DNA of 34,685 nucleotides from Candidatus Pacearchaeota archaeon (GCA_017609695.1 JAFCDM010000001.1:1-34685); one strand, 5' to 3'. Positions 1 to 6,736 are shown, counted from the stretch's first letter. Notes: generated by a model not told the origin, from the sequence alone. A program made the numbers and translations.

Positions 1-111
1 TAAATTTATATTAAATCTCTTTAAAAATACCTTAAATTTTGATTTTAAGGGGTTTAGAATCAATTATTTTTTATTATTTAATAGTTTTAATTTGAATTTT
101 TTTATTTTTTT

Positions 112-240
112 ATAGGAAATTGGGGGGTTTATTTTTAAAAAACCTTTATAAATATTCTTATTTTTGTTGTCTATAAAAAAATTTTTCCATAGGAAATAGA
201 GGTATTTTAAAAAAAACCTAAACCGAAAAGTATATAAATT
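112..240. promoter_or_regulatory. Non-coding terminal region with two diverged tandem modules (ATAGGAAAT-NGRGG ... TTTTAAAAAACCT ... TATA-like)
   Basis: 112-156 (ataggaaattggggggtttatttttaaaaaacctttataaatatt) and 189-240 (ataggaaatagaggtattttaaaaaaaacctaaaccgaaaagtatataaatt) share order and spacing of sub-motifs. No ORF covers 1-259. Confidence 0.5.
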
Positions 241-256
241 ATGTTTATGTATTGTT

Positions 257-361
257 TATATGAAAGAAGAAATAAATGCTCAAGATTTAATTGATTGGAT
301 TTCAGAAGAAGAAATTAAAAAAAAGAAAATAAATTTAAAACTTGCAGAAAGAGAAATAAAA
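257..361. repeat. Left arm of a 105-bp perfect inverted repeat (partner 34581-34685); candidate inverted terminal repeat
   Basis: The reverse complement of 34581-34685 equals 257-361 base for base (tatatgaaagaagaaataaatgctc...cttgcagaaagagaaataaaa). Identity stops at 362/34580. Confidence 0.95.
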
Positions 362-472
362 AATAATTTTAAAAAAGAGTTTGGAATGTCTTGTAAAAAA
401 TTAATTAAAAAATTGAAAAAGCCAGAGAACAAATTTATTTTAGACAGGTTAAAAAATGAAAAAATTAAATAA
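260..472 (+). CDS. Hypothetical Lys/Glu-rich protein; codons 1-34 lie inside the inverted repeat
   Basis: ATG ORF of 70 aa. A TATA-like tatataaatt (231-240) lies 20-29 nt upstream. The N-terminal 34 aa are duplicated at the right end. Confidence 0.5.
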   Translation: MKEEINAQDLIDWISEEEIKKKKINLKLAEREIKNNFKKEFGMSCKKLIKKLKKPENKFILDRLKNEKIK

Positions 473-614
473 ACCAAAAATAACAATAAAAGAGCTTGTT
501 ATTGAAAAAGAAGTAACAAAAGCAAGTGAAAGTGGTGGGCATGTTTTATTGCCAAAAGAATTAATAGGAAAAATTGTTGTTATAAAGTATGTTGATAAAA
601 AAAATAAAATTTAA
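456..614 (+). CDS. Small AbrB/SpoVT-like (DUF2080-like) DNA-binding protein candidate
   Basis: Hand translation gives 52 aa: MKKLNKPKITIKELVIEKEVTKASESGGHVLLPKELIGKIVVIKYVDKKNKI. The G-x-H-V-x-L-P-K-E-x-I-G-K-x-V pattern is typical of the swapped-hairpin AbrB-like fold. The ORF is below the ORF-track size cutoff. Confidence 0.4.
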   Translation: MKKLNKPKITIKELVIEKEVTKASESGGHVLLPKELIGKIVVIKYVDKKNKI

Positions 615-726
615 TTTTGGTTGTGGAAAAAATATTAAAGAAGGCTATGATAATTTAGATAAAATTGATTTTGACTTTAATAAATTTCCATATCCAATTG
701 AAGATAGTGAATTTAAATTAAGGTAA
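589..726 (+). pseudogene. N-terminal remnant of a class I SAM-dependent methyltransferase (about 45 codons, then stop)
   Basis: Translation is MLIKKIKFNFGCGKNIKEGYDNLDKIDFDFNKFPYPIEDSEFKLR*. It contains the GCG SAM-binding motif I and the following NLD...FPYP..D segment. The rest of the Rossmann fold is missing. Confidence 0.4.
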
Positions 727-1609
727 TATTAAAATGAAAACAAAAAATGCACAAGAAATAATTGATGAAGTTATTGAAGATTTAAAAAAAATAAAAAAGG
801 ATACAAAGAAAATATTAAAAGACATAAAAAATGATTAAAGAAATTTTACTACAATGCAAAATAGATATTATTAATTTAATAAAAAATACTTTTTCTTTTT
901 CAATAAAACTACTCCCAATTCTTTTAATTGATATGATTATTATAAAAAAAATAGATAAATATGAGGATGGAAGAGGTTTTGGATTTTTAGGATTCAAAAT
1001 TTTTAATATGATACCATGAGAAAAATAATTACAATAAATGTTGAAAGTGAAACTGAAGAGAACGAAATCCTTTTTGGATTTTTAGAATTTGTTAAAAACA
1101 ATTTTTTTAATTTAAAAGATTTAAAGATAAGTGTCACAGGAAAAGATAAAACAGTATATTATCCAGATAAAAAAAATGAAAATAGAAATATTAAGTAAAA
1201 ATACCATAAAAAGAATTATAAAAAAAGAGATTAATAAATCACTTAAAGATATTTATAAAGATTTAAATAATTTAAGAAAAAAAATGATTTTGATTGAAGA
1301 TGAGGTTAATTTATTATGAAAATGTTAATGATAATTGGGAAAGTTAAAGATTGTATTAAAATAACTGAAGGTCTTGTAAAAAGGCATGGAAATATAACTC
1401 TTGATAATTTTTTAAAAAAATATGAAAAAGAGGTTATAATTTTGTCATGAAAAAAGGAATAGTGGCAATTGCAATAACAGAAAAAGGAATAGCTACAAAA
1501 AGGAATATTAAAAATATAAATTCATCCCAATTTTTTCAATTGATTATAGAACTTGAATTATTAAAAGAAGATTTATTAGAAGAATATAAAAAAAATAGGA
1601 AAAAATCAA

Positions 1610-2194
1610 ATGGTTGAAGTTTTATCTCCAAGAATAAAAGAAATCATTTCTTATGAAAAACCAAAAATAGACATAGGTTTAATAAAAAGAAAATCAAATA
1701 GTAAAACTTTCAGAGGGTATCTTAATGGTTGTATACAAAAAGCAATCAAAGATAAAAACAGAGAATTAGAATTTCTTTTTAAAGAAATTCTAAACAAATT
1801 TAATAAATTTTATCCAAATAAGGTTGTTTTAACAGAAATTGAAATAGTTGAAGGGTGGCAAAGTATAGATAGTTTAGAAATATTTAAGGGATTTACAAAT
1901 GATTTTATCATTAAACAACATCTAAAGGACAAAAAAACAGGTCAGGTTAGAACTACAACCCATCAAATTTCAAAAATAAAGGTCAACACGCTACTTTCAT
2001 GGATAAAACGGTGGAAAGTGGGGGAATCTCATAAATGTTACGATTTTGCCATTAATTTGGGTTATTCTGGATGGAAAGAGTTATGGAAAGAAAGAAAAGA
2101 GTATTTTGAACTATATTATTACCCAATCAAAATTTTAGAAGCATTAAACTTAATTGATTATAGTGGGAGAGGAAAAATAACTAGGTTAAGATGA
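1610..2194 (+). CDS. Hypothetical protein (194 aa)
   Basis: Long ATG ORF on the dominant coding strand, overlapping the next gene by ATGA. I recognise no motif. Confidence 0.5.
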   Translation: MVEVLSPRIKEIISYEKPKIDIGLIKRKSNSKTFRGYLNGCIQKAIKDKNRELEFLFKEILNKFNKFYPNKVVLTEIEIVEGWQSIDSLEIFKGFTNDFIIKQHLKDKKTGQVRTTTHQISKIKVNTLLSWIKRWKVGESHKCYDFAINLGYSGWKELWKERKEYFELYYYPIKILEALNLIDYSGRGKITRLR

Positions 2195-2538
2195 AATTTT
2201 ATAAAGAAAAAAAATATCAAGAATACCTAAAAAATTTTTTTAAAATTATAACCGTGTTTATCTTCTTGGATGTTTTTTCAACATTTTTATTTGTTAGACA
2301 AGATGGAATCTTTGCAGAGGGAAATTTTATTGGAAGGTTTATTCTTCTTTCTTTTGGGGGTTATTCTTATCTCTTTTTATTTTTAGTTTCATTCTTTGCC
2401 CATTTATTAGTTTATTCTTTTATGTATTGTCTTTTAAAAAACAGAGAAGATTTTAAAGAAATGATGTTTTATTATCTTGGAATAATAAGTGGAATTTATC
2501 TCTTGTGTTTATATATTAATTTTAGGAGTTTATTTTAA
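2191..2538 (+). CDS. Polytopic membrane protein (about 4 TM segments)
   Basis: 115 aa with several hydrophobic stretches (ITVFIFLDVFSTFLFV, FILLSFGGYSYLFLFLVSFFAHLLVYSF, YYLGIISGIYLLCLYI). The start overlaps the upstream stop by ATGA. Confidence 0.55.
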   Translation: MKFYKEKKYQEYLKNFFKIITVFIFLDVFSTFLFVRQDGIFAEGNFIGRFILLSFGGYSYLFLFLVSFFAHLLVYSFMYCLLKNREDFKEMMFYYLGIISGIYLLCLYINFRSLF

Positions 2539-2634
2539 ATATTTTCACTAAACAAAATTTAAAAACAAGATTTAATATATATTTGAGGGCAAAACTTCTT
2601 GTAAGATATTGCCTTTCCAATTATTTTAATAAAA

Positions 2635-2778
2635 ATGAAAAAAAAATGTTGTATATGTGGAAAAAAGGCATCTGCAATAATTCAAACAAAATATTATTGT
2701 TTCACATGTTCTTGGAAAGCATCACAAAAATTTAAGTTAGAATTTAAAAAACCAAATAAAATAAAAAATTATACTTAA
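2635..2778 (+). CDS. Zn-ribbon mini-protein
   Basis: Hand translation gives 47 aa: MKKKCCICGKKASAIIQTKYYCFTCSWKAS..., with CxxC...CxxC spacing. Confidence 0.45.
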   Translation: MKKKCCICGKKASAIIQTKYYCFTCSWKASQKFKLEFKKPNKIKNYT

Positions 2779-2779
2779 C

Positions 2780-2911
2780 TTGAAAAAAATAATTAAAAAA
2801 TGTCCAATTTGCAATAGAAAAGTTGTTTCTAATGAATTTGGAGAAATTAGATGTAATTTTTGTGGATGGACTAATTCTAAAAAAAAGGATTTAAAAATTA
2901 GAATTTTTTAA
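2780..2911 (+). CDS. Zn-ribbon mini-protein (TTG start)
   Basis: Translation of 43 aa: (M)KKIIKKCPICNRKVVSNEFGEIRCNFCGWTNSKKKDLKIRIF. There are two CxxC pairs. There is no in-frame ATG, so the start is uncertain. Confidence 0.4.
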   Translation: MKKIIKKCPICNRKVVSNEFGEIRCNFCGWTNSKKKDLKIRIF

Positions 2912-2934
2912 AACAATTGTTAAATTTATATATA

Positions 2935-3255
2935 TTTCCATTGGAAATAGAGGTGTTGGTGTATAACAAGGATTTTGTATAATCAACTATCTACAATTAA
3001 CAATCTACAATTAACAATCTACTATCCCTTATGAGTAAAATACTGGAATTAGTGTATAACAATATATATTATGTTATACACTTTTTAAAAAATCTTGATA
3101 TTTTAATAATAATTTAGTTTTAAAATAATAAAATAATAATAATAATTAATTGTTTAGGTAGATAGTAGATAGTTGATTGTTATACATTTTACAAGGGTAG
3201 GGTGTATTTACTTAGTAATGAAAATAAAGATTTAAATACTACCCTATACTCATAA
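2935..3255. promoter_or_regulatory. Palindromic and iterated non-coding region flanking a nearly pure A/T core; candidate replication origin or major control region
   Basis: gtgtataaca occurs at 2959-2968 and 3052-3061, with inverted copies at 3072-3081 and 3178-3186. The 14-bp tandem ctacaattaacaat x2 lies at 2991-3018. A 14-bp perfect inverted repeat pairs aatcaactatctac (2981-2994) with gtagatagttgatt (3165-3178). The A/T-only core spans about 3082-3155. Confidence 0.5.
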
Positions 3256-3263
3256 ATAACAAT

Positions 3264-3422
3264 ATGAGTGATAAAATAAAAATCTTAAAAGCAAAATGTT
3301 GTTGGTGTGGTAAGGAAATTTCTTCTTTATATGAGAATCAATTAAATTATAATTTACAAGCTCACGAAATATCTTGTAAAAAAAATCCAAAAAATAAAAA
3401 AGGTGAAGAAGAATGTCAATAA
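3264..3422 (+). CDS. Zn-finger mini-protein
   Basis: Translation of 52 aa: MSDKIKILKAKCCWCGKEISSLYENQLNYNLQAHEISCKKNPKNKKGEEECQ, a CxxC...HxxxC pattern. The ORF overlaps the next gene's start. Confidence 0.45.
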   Translation: MSDKIKILKAKCCWCGKEISSLYENQLNYNLQAHEISCKKNPKNKKGEEECQ

Positions 3423-3892
3423 AAATAACATTACCAAAACCAAATATAGATGATAAAATAAGAGAACAACAAATAAGAAAAATAATAGGTGAAGATTTTG
3501 AAAAAAAAGAGGGAATAATATCAAAGGTTTTAATTTTTACTTACCTCCATGCACCAATTTCAATCACAAGACTTACAGATGAAATACAAAATTATTACCA
3601 AATTGAATTTGATAGGGTTAAAATATTTAGAGCTGTTCAAAGATTATCAAAATTAAATGTAATGCAAATAATAAAAGTGGGGGATGTATTTTTGATGGAT
3701 GATGAGGAACTATCAAAAGAACATATAGAAATAAAAAGACAACATAAAATTTTTTTAAATAAATTATCCCCACAATTTAGGAATAGGTATAATAATATGA
3801 ATTATACATGGATTTCAAAAAATGGTGGAGAAAAATATTTAGAATGGGCTTGTAAATTAAATGGGTTTAAATATGAGGATGGAAAAAAGTAA
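3413..3892 (+). CDS. Hypothetical protein, possible winged-helix DNA-binding domain
   Basis: 159-aa ATG ORF. The segment ISITRLTDEIQNYYQIEFDRVKIFRAVQRLSKLNVMQIIKVGD resembles helix-turn-helix plus wing. This call is weak. Confidence 0.5.
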   Translation: MSIKITLPKPNIDDKIREQQIRKIIGEDFEKKEGIISKVLIFTYLHAPISITRLTDEIQNYYQIEFDRVKIFRAVQRLSKLNVMQIIKVGDVFLMDDEELSKEHIEIKRQHKIFLNKLSPQFRNRYNNMNYTWISKNGGEKYLEWACKLNGFKYEDGKK

Positions 3893-4036
3893 AATTGAGT
3901 GGACAAAAAAGCAAGAAGAAACTATAGAAAAGATGATAGAAGAATCAGAAGCAATTGGTTATGTTAATGGATATGATGACGCTATAAAAGAGGTAATAAG
4001 AGAATTAAAAATTAAATTTATAAATAAAATTGAAAA

Positions 4037-4255
4037 ATGACACTAAAATATGAAATAACAAAAACAATAAGAAAAATTAGAAAAGGAAAATTAGAATGTG
4101 ATGTTTTAAAGTTTTGTTTTATTAAAGATTGTGATAATGTTTATTATAATGGAAAGTGGGTGGATTACAAATTAAAATTAGAAGATAAAATGTTAATATC
4201 TTCGGGAATGTGTGATGATTGTTATGATAAACACACAAAGGAGATGAAATTATGA
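4037..4255 (+). CDS. Cys-rich small protein
   Basis: 72-aa ORF with 6 Cys (CDVLKFC..C...CDDC), coupled to its neighbours by ATGA overlaps at both ends. Confidence 0.5.
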   Translation: MTLKYEITKTIRKIRKGKLECDVLKFCFIKDCDNVYYNGKWVDYKLKLEDKMLISSGMCDDCYDKHTKEMKL

Positions 4256-4751
4256 AAAAAGAATTTAATTTAAGTGAAGAAATGTTTGAGATAATAAAAA
4301 AAGTTTCTCAAAGAGAAATGATGCTTACACAATGGATGAATCAGATGGAGAACAATGTAATTTGTTTAACTAAAATTGTTGGAGGTAAAAAAAGATGATT
4401 GTAGAAGTTTCAATTGGAATTGCAAATTTAATCTTGCTAATTCTAATCATTTATCAAATAGTAAAAATCAGGAGAGATAAATGATGGTCTTAGACAAAAG
4501 TTTTAATGTATTAAAAGGAGGTAGCGTAGCGATAAGATGAGAAATATTATCAAGATTGGAAAAAACAATGAAAGAAATAACTAAACAACTAAACTTAATT
4601 AAGAAAAAGTGGGGAGTTGATGCTTTTGATGATATAACTAAATTTATTTTTAAACTTTATAGAAAGATAGAAGATTTAACAATATCAAGAAATAAATGGA
4701 AAAAGAAATATGAAAAACTGCATAAGAAATAAAGGTAAGAAAGTTTTACAA

Positions 4752-4836
4752 GAAACAGGGGTGTTGATATTGGCAAATTTAATTAAATTAAGATTTAAGG
4801 AGGGTATTTTCTAGTGGAAATGAAAACCCCTGTTTC
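4752..4836. repeat. 11-bp perfect inverted repeat (gaaacaggggt / acccctgtttc) separated by 63 nt
   Basis: 4752-4762 and 4826-4836 are exact reverse complements. The sequence is G+C rich against an AT-rich background. It lies at the left border of the GC-richer methyltransferase island. Confidence 0.8.
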
Positions 4837-4873
4837 CAATAGAAAGTTCGTTGTATATCATATTAAACGAAAT

Positions 4874-4886
4874 AAAGTCCGAGACC
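4874..4886. repeat. Left copy of a 13-bp perfect inverted repeat bracketing the methyltransferase gene
   Basis: aaagtccgagacc (4874-4886) is the exact reverse complement of ggtctcggacttt (5639-5651). This copy lies 14 nt upstream of the ATG at 4901. Confidence 0.85.
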
Positions 4887-4900
4887 TACAAAGCTAAAAA

Positions 4901-5759
4901 ATGCAAACCAATGTAATTTATCAGGAAGATTGTATAGAAGGAATGAAGAAGTTACCAGACAACAGCGTAGATTTAATTATAACAGACCCTCCTTATATGA
5001 TTAGTCAAGCAGGAAAAAAAATCAGCAGAAAATCACTTTCTTCAAAATCTTGGAAAAGAGATATGGATATTAGGTTAGATTTTGGAAAGTGGGATAATTT
5101 TGAAAGCGAAGCTGATTTTTTTAAATTTACAGAGAGTTGGTTTTCAGAATGTGCAAGGGTGCTTAAACCGAAAGGTTGGATTTATATTTTCTTTGATAAA
5201 CAGAAGATTGGATACTTTGATTTATTTTTATCAAAGAAATATGGAATAAAAGGAAGAACTGTTTTTGCTTGGCTCAAATCCAATCCTGTTCCGTCTTTCC
5301 GTAAAGTTAATTGGCTTTCTGCTTTCAGAATTTGTATGGGTTGGTAGTAAAGGGGAGTGTAAACTTAAAAATTTTCTTCAGCAGAAAGAGATGTTTAATT
5401 ATATGATTACTCCAAATAAATCATCTTACGGGAAGACAAAGCACCCAACAGAAAAGCCAGAATTAGTTATTGAAAAGTTTGTGAAAACCAACTCTGTTAA
5501 AGGAGATATTGTGCTTGACCCATTTATGGGGTCTGGAACTCTTGCTGTTGTCTGTAAGAGATTAAATAGAAATTACATTGGTTTTGAGATTAACAAAGAA
5601 TATTATGATGTTGCTATAAGGAGGTTATCACAGGGAACGGTCTCGGACTTTACTCAAAATGCTTCGCATTTTGGTTCTGCTCCGCAGAACTCGTTTAATA
5701 GCGATTTAACGGCTACGGCTTCGCTTACGCCCAAATTCCCTAAGGGGAACTATCGTTAA
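4901..5759 (+). pseudogene. Beta-class (motif IV before motif I) N6-adenine/N4-cytosine DNA methyltransferase, split by a 1-nt frame disruption near 5320-5330
   Basis: ORF 4901-5347 carries VDLIITDPPY (motif IV). ORF 5265-5759, in another frame, carries HPTEKPELVIEKF and DPFMGSGT (motif I). The expected continuous sequence ...NWLSAF/EFVWVGSKG... needs one skipped base after ttc at 5322-5324. The last 40 or so codons run into a non-coding repeat element. Confidence 0.85.
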
Positions 5760-5808
5760 ATCGCAGATATTATGTTCAATAAAATAAATCGGCTTGAGGT
5801 CGTTTAAA
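5633..5808. repeat. GC-rich structured element, copy 1
   Basis: Collinear with 6164-6321. The outer stem pairs gcgatttaacg (5701-5711) with cgttaaatcgc (5754-5764). The inner hairpin pairs ttccc (5736-5740) with gggaa (5745-5749). The element ends at the RBS-like gaggt and the ATG at 5809. Confidence 0.7.
5639..5651. repeat. Right copy of the 13-bp inverted repeat bracketing the methyltransferase gene
   Basis: ggtctcggacttt lies immediately after the last conserved methyltransferase segment (...YYDVAIRRLSQG). Confidence 0.85.
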
Positions 5809-6123
5809 ATGGACATCGCTTTAAATAAAACAGAAATAGAAACAAAAAACATTTTCCTATCATTTGATAGGATAAAAAGCTTTGATGAATTGTTATCTTG
5901 TAAATTGGATGAAGTGGTTTATATGGGTGATTCAGATGAAGAATATCCAAAGCATTTTATCAAAAACCAAAGAATAGAAAAAAAGAAAATGTTTTTTAGC
6001 AAAGCAATATATTTTAAGTTAAACGACATTTTATTAGAACCCACCAAAGTTTATAGAGATAACTTTGAATCTTGTGGTTATGTTTTTTATAAACTGAAAT
6101 TACATTTGGAGGGTTCAACATGA
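5809..6123 (+). CDS. Hypothetical protein (104 aa from ATG 5809)
   Basis: ORF track 5794-6123. I prefer the ATG at 5809, which lies 7 nt after gaggt (5797-5801). I recognise no motif. Confidence 0.5.
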   Translation: MDIALNKTEIETKNIFLSFDRIKSFDELLSCKLDEVVYMGDSDEEYPKHFIKNQRIEKKKMFFSKAIYFKLNDILLEPTKVYRDNFESCGYVFYKLKLHLEGST

Positions 6124-6163
6124 CGCCGATTTATTTTACTCTTTGGGATTTCTGCCTTCGACA

Positions 6164-6321
6164 GAACCGTCTTGCAGACTATCCCTCGTTGCTATCGCAA
6201 GAACATAATATCCGTTTAACGGTTCGCTCCGTTGCACTCGCTCACCCAAATTCGCTTTCAGCGAACTTCGTTAAACTAAATATTAATCGCAATTTCATTT
6301 TCGGCTTACAGGAGGTTTACA
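6164..6321. repeat. GC-rich structured element, copy 2
   Basis: The outer stem pairs gtttaacg (6214-6221) with cgttaaac (6269-6276). The inner hairpin pairs ttcgct (6251-6256) with agcgaa (6260-6265). The element ends at aggaggt and the ATG at 6322. Confidence 0.7.
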
Positions 6322-6639
6322 ATGATAAAAAAGTTTAGAAAAAAACCAGTCGTAATAGAAGCAATACAATGGTGTGGTGATAATTTCCAAGAATTAGAAG
6401 AATTTGGAAGTCAAAGACATATCGTTTCAAATCCAGATGGAACTTTGACTATTGAAACTTTAGAAGGAAATCACACCGCACAAAAAGGCGACTGGATTAT
6501 TAGAGGAGTGCAAGGAGAAGTTTATCCTTGTAAACCAGATATATTTGAACAGACTTATGAAGAAGTCGCCGAAACTGAAACTCAAGCTTCTCCTCCGGAG
6601 AAGTCGTTTAATAAAGGTTATGAGGTAAATCAAAAATGA
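6322..6639 (+). CDS. Small conserved phage-type protein of unknown function
   Basis: Strong RBS (caggaggtttacaATG). The pattern KKPVVIEAIQW...GDWIIRG.QGEVYPCKPDIFEQTYEEV matches, from memory, a small hypothetical protein common in bacteriophage and plasmid genomes. I do not assert a family name. Confidence 0.6.
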   Translation: MIKKFRKKPVVIEAIQWCGDNFQELEEFGSQRHIVSNPDGTLTIETLEGNHTAQKGDWIIRGVQGEVYPCKPDIFEQTYEEVAETETQASPPEKSFNKGYEVNQK

Positions 6640-6704
6640 TTTACCCAAATTCAGTTGGAGATGATTAAAATAAACAAAATAAAACTACTAATTAATAATT
6701 ACAT

Positions 6705-6715
6705 AAATTTATAAA
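6705..6715 (+). promoter_or_regulatory. TATA-box-like element upstream of the RHH gene
   Basis: aaatttataaa lies 22-32 nt upstream of the ATG at 6737, which fits an archaeal-type promoter with a short or absent leader. AT-rich background makes this weak. Confidence 0.3.
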
Positions 6716-6736
6716 CAAAACAAAACAAGAGAAAAT

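Noticed and set aside
831-1319. Functional assignment of the overlapping small ORFs 831-1019, 1016-1198 and 1131-1319, and of the tiny ORFs at 734-838, 1317-1451, 1448-1615, 3879-4040, 4252-4398 and 4568-4732
   Set aside because: They are plausibly real, given same-strand orientation and ATGA coupling. They are short Lys/Glu/Ile-rich sequences with no motif I can recognise. 1016-1198 and 1131-1319 overlap in different frames, so they cannot both be fully coding. I left them unannotated instead of guessing.
5639-5644. GGTCTC (a type IIS restriction-enzyme-like word) within the 13-bp inverted repeat as the methyltransferase's target site
   Set aside because: This is pure coincidence-level speculation. 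Nothing in the sequence links the enzyme's specificity to this word, and the MTase appears frameshifted.
5640-5759. C-terminal extension of about 40 aa on the methyltransferase ORF (…TVSDFTQNASHFGSAPQNSFNSDLTATASLTPKFPKGNYR)
   Set aside because: Beta-class MTases normally end shortly after the helix following motif I-III. The extension coincides with copy 1 of the structured repeat. It is probably fortuitous read-through, not a real domain.
6218-6236. tRNA-like T-arm (aacgg-ttcgct-ccgtt) inside structured element copy 2, hinting at a tRNA gene or attP fragment
   Set aside because: The loop is 6 nt, not 7. There are no acceptor, D or anticodon arms in the flanks, and copy 1 does not conserve this hairpin. 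I found no tRNA gene anywhere in the window.
6120-6338. 72-aa ORF (MTPIYFTLWDFCLRQNRLADYPS...) in the ORF track
   Set aside because: It lies entirely over copy 2 of the GC-rich structured repeat and has no RBS. Its sequence similarity to copy 1 is at nucleotide and structure level, in a different reading context. It is more likely non-coding.
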